Of a DNA stretch of 64,000 bases, positions 1 to 13,394 are shown in pieces. The translations under genes were made by a program, and so were the position numbers. Below the pieces are notes generated by a model. It ran no database searches, was not told where the DNA came from, and saw nothing but the letters and a program-made list of their open reading frames with translations. The stretch's first letter is position 1; every line of letters begins with the position of its first letter. The stretch is from Octopus sinensis (Eukaryota). The DNA lies in contig NC_043012.1 of the NCBI RefSeq assembly GCF_006345805.1, forward strand, positions 36,642,001 through 36,706,000, in the 5' to 3' direction.

Positions 1-1559
1 TAGGCTACGTGCCTTCATATATATGTGTGTGTGTGTGGATTGGAGGTAGGAAGGGCATCAGCCTGTAGAAACCGTACCAAATTAGACTGGGGTCTGGTGC
101 AGACCCTCAGCTTACTAGCCCTAGTCAAACCCTCCAACCCATGACAGCATGGACAACGGACGTTAAATGATGATGCCGATATATATATATATATATATAT
201 ATTCTTTTATTATTTTACTTGTTTCAGGTCATATATATATATATATACACAAGCACAGGTAACATCATTAGGACTGGTGCCACATAAAAATAACCCAGTA
301 TACCCTGTAAAGCGGTTGGCATTAAGAAGGGCATCCAGCCATAGAAACCATGCCAAAGCCAACACAGAAAATAAAAGGAGAGAAAACAATATATGTGTAG
401 TGGCTAACGATCTAACATGGCGATATATATATAGAAGAGCGTAGGCTCGAAACGTAAAAGACTTTTTCTATTCCTGAGCGTTATACTAATACATCTGTTT
501 GTTTTGTACACCACCTGTCTTCGTCTTTTGTAAACTCTCCCTATAATTATATATATATATATATATAATATACAGTTTCTGCCTATGAAATGCACTCACA
601 AAGCACTGGTTGGCCGAAGGTTATTGCAGAAGACATTTGCTTAAGGTGGTGCTCGGAGGGACTGAACCCCAAATCACTTGGTTGCAAAGTGAGTTCCTTA
701 ACCACACAGCCATGCATTGAAATGTGTTTATTTTGAAATATCAAAGAGTTTTGTAAAATAGCATCGGTTGTCATCATTGTTTGTCATCATTGGGTTGGTG
801 TTCAGATCACACATGTGGCTCACAACATTCATCTTCATTTTTGCCTGGAAGGTGGTTGTTCTTGACAATAATGAAATGATAATATTGATGGTCACAGTTG
901 GAATGTCTTCAATTATAGGACTGCTAGATCAGAACAGACATAGAAATAAACCACTATCTCCACCACCTATTTCTTTACTACCCACAAGGAGCTAAACACA
1001 GAGAGGACAAACAAGGACAGACAAACGGATTAAGTCGGTTATATCGACCCCAGTGCATAACTGGTACTTATTTAATCGACCCCGAAAGGATGAAAGGCAA
1101 AGTCGACCTCAGTGGAATTTGAACTCAGAACGTAAAGACAGATGAAATACCGCTAAGCATTCCGTCCGGCATGCTAACGTTTCTGCCGCCACCACCACCA
1201 CCACCACAACGCGACATAAATGTCAGGTTCCCATCAGTCAAAGTTGATCATGCTTTGACCCGTGTATGGGTTGTGCAGGCCTGGACAAGATTGGTTTTGA
1301 GAAAGATGGTTTTGTCCATCCTTCCATGCAAATCTTCCTCATCATCAATGTTTATCCAAGGATTAAACTTTCAACCATGGATCACAACAGGTAGCCTAAA
1401 CTGTGCCGGTGCTCTACTCAACATTTAAACACACTAAATGAATTGTACTTGTTTGTCCAAATTATTTATTATTATTATATGGCTGTGTAGCTTGCTTACC
1501 AACCACATGGTTCTGGGTTCAGTCCCACTACGTGGCACCTTGGGCAAGTGTCTTCTATT

Positions 1560-2200
1560 ATATGTATGTAATAATGAAATTATTGTATACAGTGCTCAGG
1601 TGCACCACAACTTGTCAGAAAGTGCATATAAAGTACATGCAGTAATGTAGAAATGTCTGGAAAGTGAACAGTGTATGAGTCAGATACATGCTTGTGTGTG
1701 TATGGAGGGGAGAAAATCAAGTGTAGTGTTGGCGAATCTCAGGAAGCATGGAAGTTTTGAAGGATGCAGTGCTCCGACAACTAACAACCGATGCCGGCAG
1801 TTTGTTCCACGCTTCAGCAACTCTCAGCGTGAAAAAATGTTTCCTGAAGTCATGGGAGCTGTGCTGTTTTCTTACTTTGTAAATATGTCCATGGGTGTTA
1901 GATGGATGGAGTTTGAAGAGGTGCTCAGAGTTATTGTTTGTGCGATGGTTGATAATTTTATGGGTGTCTGCCAAGTCAGCTGCCAGACGTCGGAGTTTCA
2001 ATGTGTCCATGTCCAGGGAAGTAAGGCGTTCAGGATATGGCAAATGCCTGATGGAGGGTATTCTTTTGGTTGCACGTCGCTGAACAGCTTCCAGACGATT
2101 GATGTCCTGGGCAAGATAGGGGTTCCAGACTGGTGATGCAAATTCCAGGTGAGGTCTTACCATAGCTATATAAAGCCGCAGATAGATAGCCGGAGAGCGG
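1560..2200 (-). mobile_element. CR1-clade LINE 3' fragment (end of ORF2 plus tail)
   Basis: Minus ORF contains VRPHLEFASPVWNPYLAQDINRLEAVQRRATKRIP...LRRLAADL...FFTLRVAEAWNKLPASVV, the typical CR1/L2 ORF2 C-terminus. The upstream part of the tracked ORF is an unrelated SINE read through. Confidence 0.85.
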
Positions 2201-2224
2201 CTCACAAAGGATTTGGTGAGTGAT

Positions 2225-2635
2225 GCCAAGACATGTGTGTGTATATGTTTGTGCGTCTGTGTTTGTCCCCCCAGCACCACCACTACCACCACCACCGCTT
2301 GACAGCTGATGTTGGTGTATTTATGTACCCATAAAGTAGCGGTTCGGCAAAAAGAAATCGATAGAATGAGTATTAAGCTAACTAAAGTATAAATCTTGGG
2401 GGCGATTTGTTCGAATAAAGGCGGTGCTGCAGTCAAATGACTGAAACAAATAAAAGAAAGGATATATATGCACGCACACACGTGGTAGGCTTCTTTCAGT
2501 TTCCCCTCTAGTAAATCCACTCACAAGACTTTGGTTGTTCTAAGGATAAAGTAGTTGACACTTGCTCATGGTGCCATGCAGTGGGACTGAACCGGAAACC
2601 ATGTGGATCGGAAGCAAACTCCTCAACCACACAGC
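2225..2635 (-). mobile_element. tRNA-derived SINE, family 1 (representative copy). Other copies at about 583-720, 10520-10890, 36710-37030, 41865-42230, 43900-44060, 47915-48330, 48950-49365, 49445-49850, 58860-59510
   Basis: Recurrent consensus ...ccaaccacatggttccgggttcagtcccactgcgtggcaccttgggcaagtgtcttctactatagc...gtgagtggatttggtagacggaaactgaaagaagcc...ggcggtgctccagcatggccgcagtcaaatgactgaaacaagtaaaaga, seen many times on both strands. It resembles octopus OR/OK-type SINEs as I recall them; the family name is not verified. Confidence 0.8.
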
Positions 2636-3944
2636 TGAACTTCGACAAATCCACATTCACTTAAGAATATACTTCTGTAAGTGAAGGCCTCAATTCCTGG
2701 CTTAGGTGAAGCGTACAGGTTAAGGATAGAAATTCTTGTCCCCTTGAGGTAACTAATTAAAGGTACATGGTAGGGGTTCCATCATTACAATAACTTTAGT
2801 AACCACCGGGAAAAAAAGGTCACGATGTCTAGAAGTAGCACTTGCAGTTTCGCTGAAGATTGGCCAGAAAAATGACCGGATCGTTTCACTTTGACCGGCA
2901 AAGCGAAAAGATCCAAATGACCGGATTGAAAGCCGAAGCGTGCAGTTGAAAATGTGAATATTTGAATAGATAAATACGATTATAAATAGAACTTAAAATA
3001 ATTTAGGACATGTTGCAATAAGACGGTTATTTAAAATAAAGGAAAATCCCAGCTACAACCTCTTCCTCCTCCACCTTCTACTATCACCATAGCTACCACC
3101 ATCACAACAGTAATTAACATTGTTACGTTGATAAAAGTCGTAATGAGCTTCCAGGAAGGTAATCGAGGAGTTATCTCCCATTAGCCAGCGAAACCTGCCT
3201 CAGCAAGTTTGCTTTCAAACGCAATTTTGATTCTCTCACCCTCTCTCTTCATTTTTACCCTCTCCCTGCTCTTTCTCTTTGAAAGTTTTTTTTTTTAAAC
3301 AAAGTTCTATATTTATCCATCAGTCAATGATATCTATAAATGTATTTTGAAACTGGATTATTTTCCAACAGCAAGCTACCATAATACATGGGATGAGAGA
3401 AATAGCTGTGTCTTGGCTGTTTTTTTTTTTAAACATGACTTAAAGCAGAAACTGTTGTGGCCATGACCCTGTTCAGAACATCCTATACTCGTAGGACGAA
3501 GTTAACCCCCAGAGAAGAGGCCTGACCTGAAAGCTTGCAATAAAAAGGACTCTATCAAAGGAAACCAAGGGCAATGTGGTTACAATTACTATAAGAACCG
3601 AAGGAAGTCGACAAAATCAATTATTTCGATCAGATAACAAAACCACGCGTTTGGTGGGAACCTTTTATGGAATAAATCGATTTCATTATTTGATTGGCTT
3701 AAGGCGGCAAGCTGGCAGAATCCCCAGCACGCCGGACAAAATGTTAAGCGGCATTTCGTTCGTCTTTAGGTTCTGAATTAAAATTCCACTGAGGTCGACT
3801 TCGCCTTCCATCCTTTCGGAGTCGATAAAATAAATACTAGTTGAGTACTGGGGTCGATGTAATCGATTTACACCCTACCCACGAAACTGCTGGACTTTCA
3901 AAAATTTAAATAAAAAGTAATAGAATGGGAAATACAAAGATAAC

Positions 3945-4170
3945 AAGATATATTTCTTTATTGCCCACAAGGGGCTAAACATAGAGGGGACAGACAAAGG
4001 GATTAAGTCAATTACATAGACTCCAGTGCGTAACTGGTACTTAATTTATCGACCCTGAGAGGATGAAAGGTAAAGTCGACCTCGGCGGGATTTGAACTCA
4101 GAACGTAACGGTAGACGAATGCGGCAACGCATTTCGCCCGGCGTGCTAACGTTTCTGCCAACTCGCCGCC
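3945..4170 (-). mobile_element. SINE family 2 (representative copy). More than 20 full or partial copies, e.g. 960-1190, 27920-28330, 37870-38500, 41395-41830, 46120-46530, 55750-57720, 60380-61050
   Basis: Recurrent consensus ggcggcgagctggcagaaacgttagcacgccgggcgaaatgcttagcgg...ttctgagttcaaattccgccgaggtcgactttgcctttcatcctttcggggtcgataaattaagtaccagtt, with a B-box-like gagttcaaattcc. Confidence 0.8.
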
Positions 4171-4629
4171 AAACCCTCACCATGGCAACACCAACGTCCT
4201 CGATTTTTTGTTGCCCACAAGGGACTAAATATAGAGATTGCACATTACTAAGACAATACAAAACATATAATCGGGGAAATAGAAATCGAGCAAGGAAGAA
4301 AAAATAAAAAGAAACGAATGAAATTATGAAAATGATAAAAATGAGGAGCAATGCCCACTCGACCTCCGAAGTGGAGTGGTTATATTTAGACATTACTTCG
4401 GACAGTTTTTTTTTCCTCTCCCGCCTTTTTTTTTTAAACAAGAAGTTCACATCTTCATCATTTTCTTATATATTGTTCATATCATATTTTACATACCTTA
4501 TCAATTTTTCAAAACTCTTTACGTTCAATTACGAGTGGGAGGTCATCAAACCACACCAGACCGTCAATTGAAATCAAAAGCTCCATGAACGCGTCGTATC
4601 GATCGTCATCCAATGGTACAGACCTTTCC

Positions 4630-5100
4630 ACCTCCTTGAATTTCTCCCTGGGCAGTTTCTCCCTCATCACTCCCTTCCACTTGGAGATTCTCCTCTCTCC
4701 ACATCTACACTCTTTTGGTAGAAGATTATGAATGCCTTATTTCTATATCTGTGCTTCCACCGATTCCCTGCGACCGCTCTTCCTCCCTCCCTCCGACCGA
4801 CAAACCCGTCACTCCCCCATCGCCCCCCCTCCCCGTCCTCACCTCCGCATCTCTGACGCACACGTCATCTCTCCCGCCATCTCCGTCTCAACTGGCACAC
4901 CAACCTCCGTTTCTTCTTGGTCCTCTCCCACAGCCTTCCCACTCTGAGGAGGCTTGCGCCCTCACACGGCCTCCTAACCCACACTCGCAACAACTGGGTC
5001 GACGACCCCCAACAACCACCCTGAGGGAACCCCCTTCCGCAATCTCCATCTGGTAGGGGATCCCCTCAATGTCTTCGAAAGCGGTAAAAAGCATACCCTA
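4630..5100 (-). mobile_element. Degenerate LINE ORF1-like fragment with a decayed zinc knuckle
   Basis: Minus translation IPYQMEIAEGGSLRVVVGGRRPSCCECGLGGRVRAQ resembles ORF1 CCHC-knuckle regions of non-LTR elements. The block is GC-rich and frameshifted. Confidence 0.45.
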
Positions 5101-5189
5101 ACCCTAACCCTACACTGCATGTATTTTATACAATACGCTAACGACTTCGCGAATTTACCGCCTTTCAATCCATTCACCCACCTGTCTCA

Positions 5190-7020
5190 CTAGAAGTAGG
5201 CATCCGTCGGTCTCGAGAGGCTTTGGGCCTGCGCCCTCCTTCCAATCGTGTCAGGTGCGGCTGGTGGTGCAGTGTCTGTTGTGGCTGTACAGGCCCACAC
5301 GGGAGTGGAAGTCACGTATACAGCGACTGTATTTGAAGGAGTTCTCTGTCGGTGCCCCTGATTTTCCCCTTCCGTCGAGTGAGCTTTTCTTTGATAGCGA
5401 GGACGTGTTTTGCTCCCGCTCTCTTCATTCCCTTTTGCAGCATTTTCTCCCAGTCTGGGCAATCATTTGCAATCTCCTCATATCTCAGGACGTCCAGATC
5501 AAGTGACTTCACATCTCTCTTACAGACGTCTTTGAAACGAAGATGAGGTCGTCCTCGTGCTCTTGTTCCGGTCGCCAATTTCCCATAGAGGAGGTCTTTT
5601 GGATCCTTCCGTCTGGCATGCGATGAACATGACAGAACCAGCGCAATCGACGTTGCTGGAGCAAGATGTGTGTGCTGGGAATCTTGGCTCGGTTGAGGAC
5701 TTCAGTGTTGGTGATGTGGTCGGTCCACTTGATGTCCAAGATTCGTCTCAAATTACGAAAGTGAAAGACGTTGAGACGCCGCTCCTGTCTGGAGTAGAGG
5801 CTCCACCTCTCACTGCCATTAAGTAGCGTACGAAGGACGCGCGCCTTATATACAGCAAGTCAGGTGTTTGCAGCCAGTTTCTTTTGTTTTCCCAGACTCT
5901 CTTTGTGAGCCTGGCAAATGTGGGGGGTGTTTATCCGATTCACTTGTTGATCTTAGGATCAAGGGAGAGGTCATCAGCGATGGTAGAGCCGAGATACGTG
6001 AATTGATGGACTACCTCCAGCTTGTAGTTGTTGATGGTAATGGCAGGGGCGTGCTTTACACTTTGACCCATTACTGGAGTCTTCTTCAGACTGATAGTCA
6101 GGCTGAATTCCTGATAGATCTTTGAGAGTTTGTCCACGACGTGCTGCATTTGCTCTTCAGAGTGTGCTGTCAAGTGCTGTATCGTCTGCGAACAGCATTT
6201 CTCCGACACACTTTGGATTTTGCTTTCAACCTCTGTGAAATGATTGAACAATCCTGAGATGTCTTGGAGGACAACCAATCTTGGCAAGGATTTTCAACAG
6301 GCCGTCTCTACTGATTAGGTCAAAAGCCTTTGTGAGGTCGATGAAGGTGATAAAGAGTGGTTGTCTTTACTCTCGGCACTTTTCCTGTAGCTGTCGGAGA
6401 GAGATCGATGGTGGAGCGTGTTGCTCTGAAACCACGCTGAGATTCGGGGTATATCCTCTCAGCGATTTTCTGTATCCTATTTAGGACCACGCGGGCAAAG
6501 ACTTTTCCAACGATGCTTAACAGCGAGATGCCTCGGTAGTTATAGCAGTCGCTTTTGTCTCCTATGTTCTTAAAAAGGGTGACAATGTTGCTATTCAGAC
6601 CCGGTTCCAGTGGACAGACCATCAATGGCTCTGCTCAGTTCTTCAGCAGTTGGCAGTGCGTCCAGCTCCTCCGTGACGGGTGGGTGCTGTACGATGTCTA
6701 GCGCACTGTCCGAGATGTTCTTTTCTTTGGCGCAGTGTTCGGACTAATGTTCCACCCATCTCTCTCGCTGCTCTCTTTTGTCCCTGATAACTTCCCCTGT
6801 TCTGTATTTGAGTGGAGCTACCTTGCTCTGGGTTGGGCCGATGGCTTCCTTCATACCCTCATACATTCCATGAATGTTGTCTGTAGCAAACGACAGTTGG
6901 ATATCTGCGTATAGTTGTAACCAGAAGTCATTTGTACATCGCCTCACTGTCTTCTGCATGCTTTTCCTTGCTGATCTCAATGCTTGCAGCGTTGCCCTGA
7001 TGGGTTGTCTCACTACAAGC
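5190..7020 (-). mobile_element. RTE-clade LINE ORF2 (reverse transcriptase) remnant, frameshifted and internally deleted
   Basis: Fragmented minus ORFs: IVTLFKNIGDKSDCYNYRGISLLSIVGKVFARVVLNRIQKIAERIYPESQRGFRATRSTID; ISLKKTPVM...LEVVHQFTYLGSTI; RRILDIKWTDHITNTEVLNRAKIPS...QRRLRWFCHVHRMPDGRI; RGRPHLRFKDVCKRD. Confidence 0.9.
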
Positions 7021-7089
7021 TTATCTGTCTGCCTGTCTATCTTTATCAATCAATCAATCAATCAACCAGGCACTGGCTAAACTGCCACT

Positions 7090-7115
7090 ATCTTATCTAA
7101 CTATCTATCTGTCTG

Positions 7116-7195
<80 letters not shown>

Positions 7196-7220
7196 ATCTA
7201 TCTGTCTGTCTGTCTACCTG

Positions 7221-7307
<87 letters not shown>

Positions 7308-7308
7308 G

Positions 7309-7378
<70 letters not shown>

Positions 7379-7395
7379 AATCAATCAATCAGATG
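7090..7395. repeat. (TATC)n/(TGTC)n microsatellite
   Basis: About 300 bp of near-perfect tatc repeats. Confidence 0.95.
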
Positions 7396-7701
7396 TTAGC
7401 TAAACTATCGATCTATCTACTTACCTATCAAACACTGACTGAACTATCGATCTATACCTATCACCTTATCAATCAAACGCTAGCTAAATTATAGATCTCT
7501 CTACTTCTGTACTTCTACTGTTACTCAAATAATCTGATTGAACTTAGTATTAAGTCACCTGTTACCCTGAAGGTGAGACCCATATAGAAAGGCATACAAG
7601 CCATATCACCTCGAAGACTATATTGACGTACCCCCTCTTTCCTTAAGGCGGGTAGAGTTCGATTTAAAGGAGATATATTTTATTTATTCTTTATATCACT
7701 A

Positions 7702-8103
7702 CCAGCAGTATCGCCCGGCGTTGCTCGGGTTTGTAAGGGAAATAACTATATAAGCATTTTCAGAGAGTTATAGCCAAAAAATAGCAAAAAAATGCATTAA
7801 AAATGGAAAAAAATGATGGTAAATTTTTTTAAAAATCGTTGACTCATCGTAGACATTTTTAGAGAGTTACTTCCTTTATATAATAGCGAAAAAAATGCAT
7901 TCAAATGGAAAAAAATGATGGTAATTTTTTTTTTAAATCGTAGACTCATCGTAGACGCGCGCTAATACCCAGAAGGGCTCGATATGAATCACGACTATAA
8001 GATACCCGGTTTTGGTTACACTGCACCGCAAAATGTGGGAGTAGTTAGGAATCTAAATCGTAGGAGACAGACAGACACACAACTTGACTTTTATATATAA
8101 AGA
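7702..8103 (-). mobile_element. Non-autonomous Helitron (about 400 bp)
   Basis: Reverse complement of 30832-31228. On the minus strand it starts TC(TTTATATATAAAAG) and ends with hairpin CCCGAGCAACGCCGGG followed by CTGG (variant of CTAG). Confidence 0.8.
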
Positions 8104-9524
8104 TTAGTGAACAATAACGTCGTTTGTCCAGAACCAATAACTGGTTCATTGCTTTTCTGCCGGTAAGAGTAAGACAACATCGATGTAGACCAAATATCTT
8201 AAGGGACTTCTTTTGTAAAGCACCGGGTTTTAGGTTTTCTCGCCGATGTTTACACAATTCCTTCAATTAACAATTTTCTGTTTCCACTTGCAACGAATTG
8301 ATTAATCCGAAGCTATGATAAAAGACACTTGCCCAAAGTGCCACGTTGTAGGACCGAACCCGGAATCACACAGTAGCTAAGCGAACTTCTTACCTCCCAC
8401 AGCCATGCTCATACTGCTATTTCTAGCAGGTCGAATAACCGGGTTAAGTTCCCTTTCATAAACGGAGAGAAAAACATTTTTTTCTGTTTGTTTTGAAGGG
8501 ATTATTTCTACTCTTCATACATACATTCTCTCACACACACATGCATTGTTTCTTTTTACACACACATCGTCTCATATATTCTCTTTATCTTCCACACACA
8601 TATTTTCCCATGTACTTACATATACTCTCTGTCATTCATACATTCTCTCAAGTCCACTCAAATAGGGTCTCATACATACATTGTCACTCGTACACATTAT
8701 CTGCCAGTGTCTTATACATACACACTCATATATTGTCTCATACGCACACATTGTTTCTTCTACACTCATTCATACACTTTCTACCCCCCTCTTCTCTCTT
8801 TTTCACACTCTTGTAACGAAAGAATATTTTAGTGAGTTTTCAGGGTTGACGGTTGAACGCTTCAAGAAACAAAAAAAAAAAAAACCGAAAAACACCAGAA
8901 TAAAAATAAAAATCGTCGGCGGGATTCCCCCTCCCCGCACCCGTAAATAAATATTTATGTCTACAAAAAAAATAAAAAGAAAAAAGTGTATCTGCTTTGT
9001 TTGTTTAATTTTAGCCGACCCAGGCCATCATTAAATTCTGCTTCTCACTTCCTAGCAGCTGTGTGACCGGAAAACGACTGGGGGCGCCTAACAACCACAG
9101 GGAAGGTGAAAACACGCATGAGGGTGAAATAGTGACACAGTAGTTTAGTGAAGAGGTGAAGAGAAAAGAACAAACAAAAAACATACTAGTTGTACTATAT
9201 TTTAACTTTGATTTTAAACTTAGCATAGAAGTTAGTTCTCCATCGAATTTTTACACTTTGTAGTTTATTAATCTACCGTTATTTTCCTAGACTTTAACGT
9301 ACTTTTTCAACGACACAACAACCTGAGTTTATTTATTTTAACTGAGATTTCTCTCTCTCCACCCCAGTCAGATTTTTACTTCCTTCCACTCAACATAGAC
9401 TTTCCTTAAGATCGTGGGGGTTGTCTATTATGTTTGTGTATTATACGTGTTGTAAAGACAATCACATGTCCTCAGAATATTGAACATAATAAATATTGTA
9501 AGACATTTGGGTACCCAGCCAGTC

Positions 9525-9815
9525 ATGGAAATAATAAAGAGTCCGTTTGGAACAGATATGATCATTTTCAGAGATTATATTTATAGAAAAGATAAAGCCA
9601 AGTTGAATACCATGTACTGGCGATGTGTTAAAACGAATTGTAAAGGGAGATTGGTGAGCATTCTGGATTATAAAGAAAAAAACGTGGAAGAAATTCAACT
9701 GAAGGTCAGAGGTCAGCATTCTCATCCTCCTGATCCTGTGGATGTGAAAGCAAGGAAAGCATTAATTGAAGCGAAGTCAATTTTGAACTGCCACGAACTA
9801 CCCAGAAACGAAAAG
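9525..9815 (+). CDS. FLYWCH zinc-finger first coding exon V1 (97 aa, Mutator-transposase N-terminus-like), ends at phase-0 donor
   Basis: MEIIKSPFGTDMIIFRDYIYRKDK...MYWRCVKTNCKGRL...GQHSHPPD has the WxC-x4-C...HxH pattern. Donor AAG|GTAACC at 9816 (weak), after which the ORF runs into poly-T/poly-A intron-like sequence. Confidence 0.75.
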
Positions 9816-12619
9816 GTAACCGTCATTCGACTTAAATATTGTTTTTTTTTTTTTTTAGCAAAAAAAAAAAAAAAACTTTCGAAATATATTTCAGCTTCAA
9901 AATGATATTTATTTATTTTGTCTTTATTTACAAAACATTTTTTTATTTATAAAGTATATATTTAATAGCTGAATATGTATATCTGATAGACACACTCAAC
10001 TGTTTCTCTCTCTGTCTGTCTGCCGGTTAAATCGGTAGAAAGTTACAAAAGTGACTCTGGGGCCGACATTTTCGTGCAAACACATTCTCCAACCGACTTT
10101 AAATCTGAGTTTGTTTCTTTTTTGTCAATCGAATCATATTCTTTTGCTGTTGGTGAACTGCAGCCTTCCTATGAAACCTAGTGACTTCTTCTATAGTTTG
10201 GAACTAAGTATATCGATCTGTATTTGTAGAACCGGTTAGTTGGACACCAGATTAACAACAGCGATTTGGTTTTGAAAACCCTTGTAAACATTAACCACGC
10301 ACACACACACACATTTTCAATTTTTTTTTTTTTTCATATATACCGTCTGTTAAATTCCATCATTATAGTGCCCCGTGTAAAGTGCCGCGCAGTGAGATCG
10401 AACCCCAAATCTCGGTGTTGCAAAGCGAACTTTGTAACTAAACGGCCATAAATGCATATGGGCGGAGGTAAAGAATACGCGCCCCACCCGTTTTCGGTGT
10501 AACCCAAACCGCCGAAAACGGGTGGTGTATACTATTTATCTTTTACTTGTTTCAGTCATTAGACTGCGGCCATGCTGGAGTACCGCCTCCAAGAATTTCT
10601 TGTCGAACGAGTCAGACGCTTTCGGAAATTCCCGATGTGAATTTTCCGAGGCCTCTCCCCCATTCCCTTTTCGCGTGCGCACATTTTTTTTTCCTATTCG
10701 TTTAGAGGAAGTTGTTTTACACACGTTTTTTTTTTTGTTTATATACGATGGGCTTCTTTCAGTTTCCATCTACCAAATCCACTCACAAGGCTTTGGTCGG
10801 CCCAAGGCTATAGTAGAAGGCACTTGTCCAGAGTGTCACGCAGTGGGATTGACCCCAGAGTCACGTGGTTGGGAAACTAAATTCTTACCATGTGAATTTT
10901 CCGAGTCCCCACCCCCGTTCGCGAGCGCGCATTTTTTTTCATATTCGTTTAGAGCAAATTGTTTTACACGTATACTATTTTTCTTTTGTTCTTTTTTGCT
11001 CGGGTCAAGCGCTTTAGTTTAACCTGAAAGGCTTTTATAAGTCAATACTGTATCCTACTGTTTGTGGTGTTAGCAGTGCTATATATAGTTGTTTACAAGA
11101 CAGTGATTGTTGGTACCAAGTTCTATTCAAGTCCAGGCCCCTAAGGACAGTTGGTTCTTGTAAACAACTGTCCTTAGACAAAAGACTGACTTTTCATTGA
11201 CCAGTGTTTACTCATCCCATCTTCTGGTGTGGAGGATTTCCCGCTCCTTGGTACCAACAAGTTCTTATTCATTTCAGTCGTAGATACACAAGCGTTAAGT
11301 TGTCTGTCTATCTCTCCACATCTCTGTCCGTCCGTCCGTCTATCCATCCCAAAAATTGGTATTTTTTAATGAAATACCATTCAGACTGCATAAATTACGA
11401 TTATATCGGAATTTAATGTGGAAAAAAAAAAATGTTAGGCGCACACACGTACATACTGTTATATTCGTCATATTTATTACAGAATCTTGAAATTCTGAAC
11501 ACATAAAATGTGTGTGTTAGTATGTATGTGTTCACACCAACCTGTTTTTTTCCTTCTTTCACATTGAATCCTGATATGATCGTAATCTATACACACGCAC
11601 GCACATGAAGTCTGTTTTTTGACCATCGTGTCTCGTCACTTGTCGCGATTATTTCCTTCAGGAGGTTTCCCCAATTTCTTGAAATCAGCTCTCTTCGTCC
11701 ACTTTCCCCTTATATTTTCCCAATTTGCAGGTTCCTTCCATTGGAATCACTTGCCAATATTCTAACCAGGCGCCACCCCGTTCCACACACATCACGTCAC
11801 AGAACCAGTGCAGGCTTCTCTCTTGCACGTTACATCTGATTCCATGAACCAACGCGGTAGCCTCTATATAGTCACTCGACGCGCTAGAAACAGCAGCCAA
11901 ATCTCTCTCAAATTAACATCGTTAGCATCCTAAAAGATCGAACATCTTGATTAATGGAGTCTTGGGTTCCTTGCTTATAGGAAAATTACTGGATGGTCAC
12001 GGTTGGAATGTCTGTGATCATTGGTTTGTTCAATCAGGGCTTACATAGGACTATAAACCATAACATTCAATTAGTCTTTCCCTGACCCGTTATTCACTTT
12101 CTCTGTAATGTCACCGTACTGGTGTTTATAAGAAATACAGATTTTATCGCATGTAATCCTTTCTCGGACAGATATATCCATCAGAATGGTCGAATTTGTT
12201 TCCGCCTTAAATAATTCCAATCTCGTGGAAACATGCCATGTGTAATAACAATATCTTTTCTTTCTGAAACGAATTGTTTTAATTGCTTTTGTTGTTGAAG
12301 GGTCTGCGATATCTGCTCCTGTATCAGTTATTATTAAATCAACAGCTATTTATTAACAGAGTTTTAAATATCATTCACAACAGATGGATTGACTTAGCTT
12401 CCTGAATGAGGAACTGCCTGGTAACACCAAGAATGTCCTTTTTACATGCATTAATAAGAGAACATTTACGTGGTAAATATTCTTTAAACCCATTTTGACG
12501 TACGCGATTATTCTGCCAGTGTTTCCATTTGATTGTGGATGATATAGGGGTGTTTTCGTAGGTCTACACCCAGTTTTAACGAAGCCAGATGCTCGAGTTT
12601 ATTAATTATGAAATTCACA

Positions 12620-12895
12620 GACATTGCCAAGAAATCCGCCAACTTATCGCCGCCAATTCAGCGCGGAGTCAAGTTAGCGGTAAACTAACTCATCGCCTCA
12701 ATTAATTTACTTCAAAAATTGAAATTCATAGAGGTGAAATGGAATGGAAAAAAATACCTTTATTTAAAGAAATGGAATGTTAATTAAAATATCCTATTTT
12801 ACTAAAGTATAAATGTTTAAATCACTGGTTCGCTACTAATTCATCGCCGCCAATTCATCGCGAGCCAAGTCGTCGCTAACAAAACTCATCACCGA
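12620..12895. repeat. Short dispersed subrepeats aa(c/t)tcatcgcc, Mutator-TIR-like remnant upstream of V2
   Basis: Five near-copies: aacttatcgcc, aactcatcgcc, aattcatcgcc, aattcatcgcg, aactcatcacc, in two clusters. Confidence 0.45.
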
Positions 12896-13085
12896 ACCAC
12901 TTCATTATCAAACCAAATAATTACTAATCAGACTAAATTAACAAATTACAAGTTAGCTAATTATCAATTTAAATGTGACAGCGTTTACTTATTTACTGTT
13001 CGACGCTGGCAACTTCGGTTCATGCAATTAATTTAGAACTGTTTGAGCTACGGTTGCTTAAATTTCTCAAGGAGGCCCCTTCACA

Positions 13086-13394
13086 ATGGAACGTGTTTTC
13101 AGTCAGCGAGGCAAAGAGAAGTTCTCACACGATGGCTATTTGTTTATATTTGATAAATTTAGTAGGACCGACACTGACTTAATGTTTTGGCGTTGTGAAT
13201 TAATCGGCAGATGTAAAGCAAGAATTCACACAAAATTTGGCGATGTTGTGAAATTTATGAATACTCACACACATGATTGTTCACCAATAAAGGAGGTAGT
13301 ACAAATGGCCAGAAAAACGAAAAGCTGCTCTCGGAAGTCAATGGAAAGTCCAAATATAGTAATTGATGAAATATTGGGCAGTGTTTTCCGACCG
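13086..13394 (+). CDS. FLYWCH zinc-finger first coding exon V2 (103 aa), ends at phase-0 donor
   Basis: SQRGKEKFSHDGYLFIFDKFS...MFWRCELIGRCKARIHTKFGDVVKFMNTHTH is a classic FLYWCH of the MULE-transposase type. In-frame TAA at 13059-13061 lies upstream of the ATG. Donor CCG|GTAAGC at 13395. Confidence 0.8.

Noticed and set aside
1717-2520. 267-aa minus-strand ORF as a gene
   Set aside because: It is a chance fusion of a SINE read-through and a CR1 ORF2 tail.
5096-5112. (CCCTAA)n telomere-like motif, also near 35311 and 57270
   Set aside because: Only 2-3 units, embedded in repeats; too short to indicate a telomeric or fusion site.
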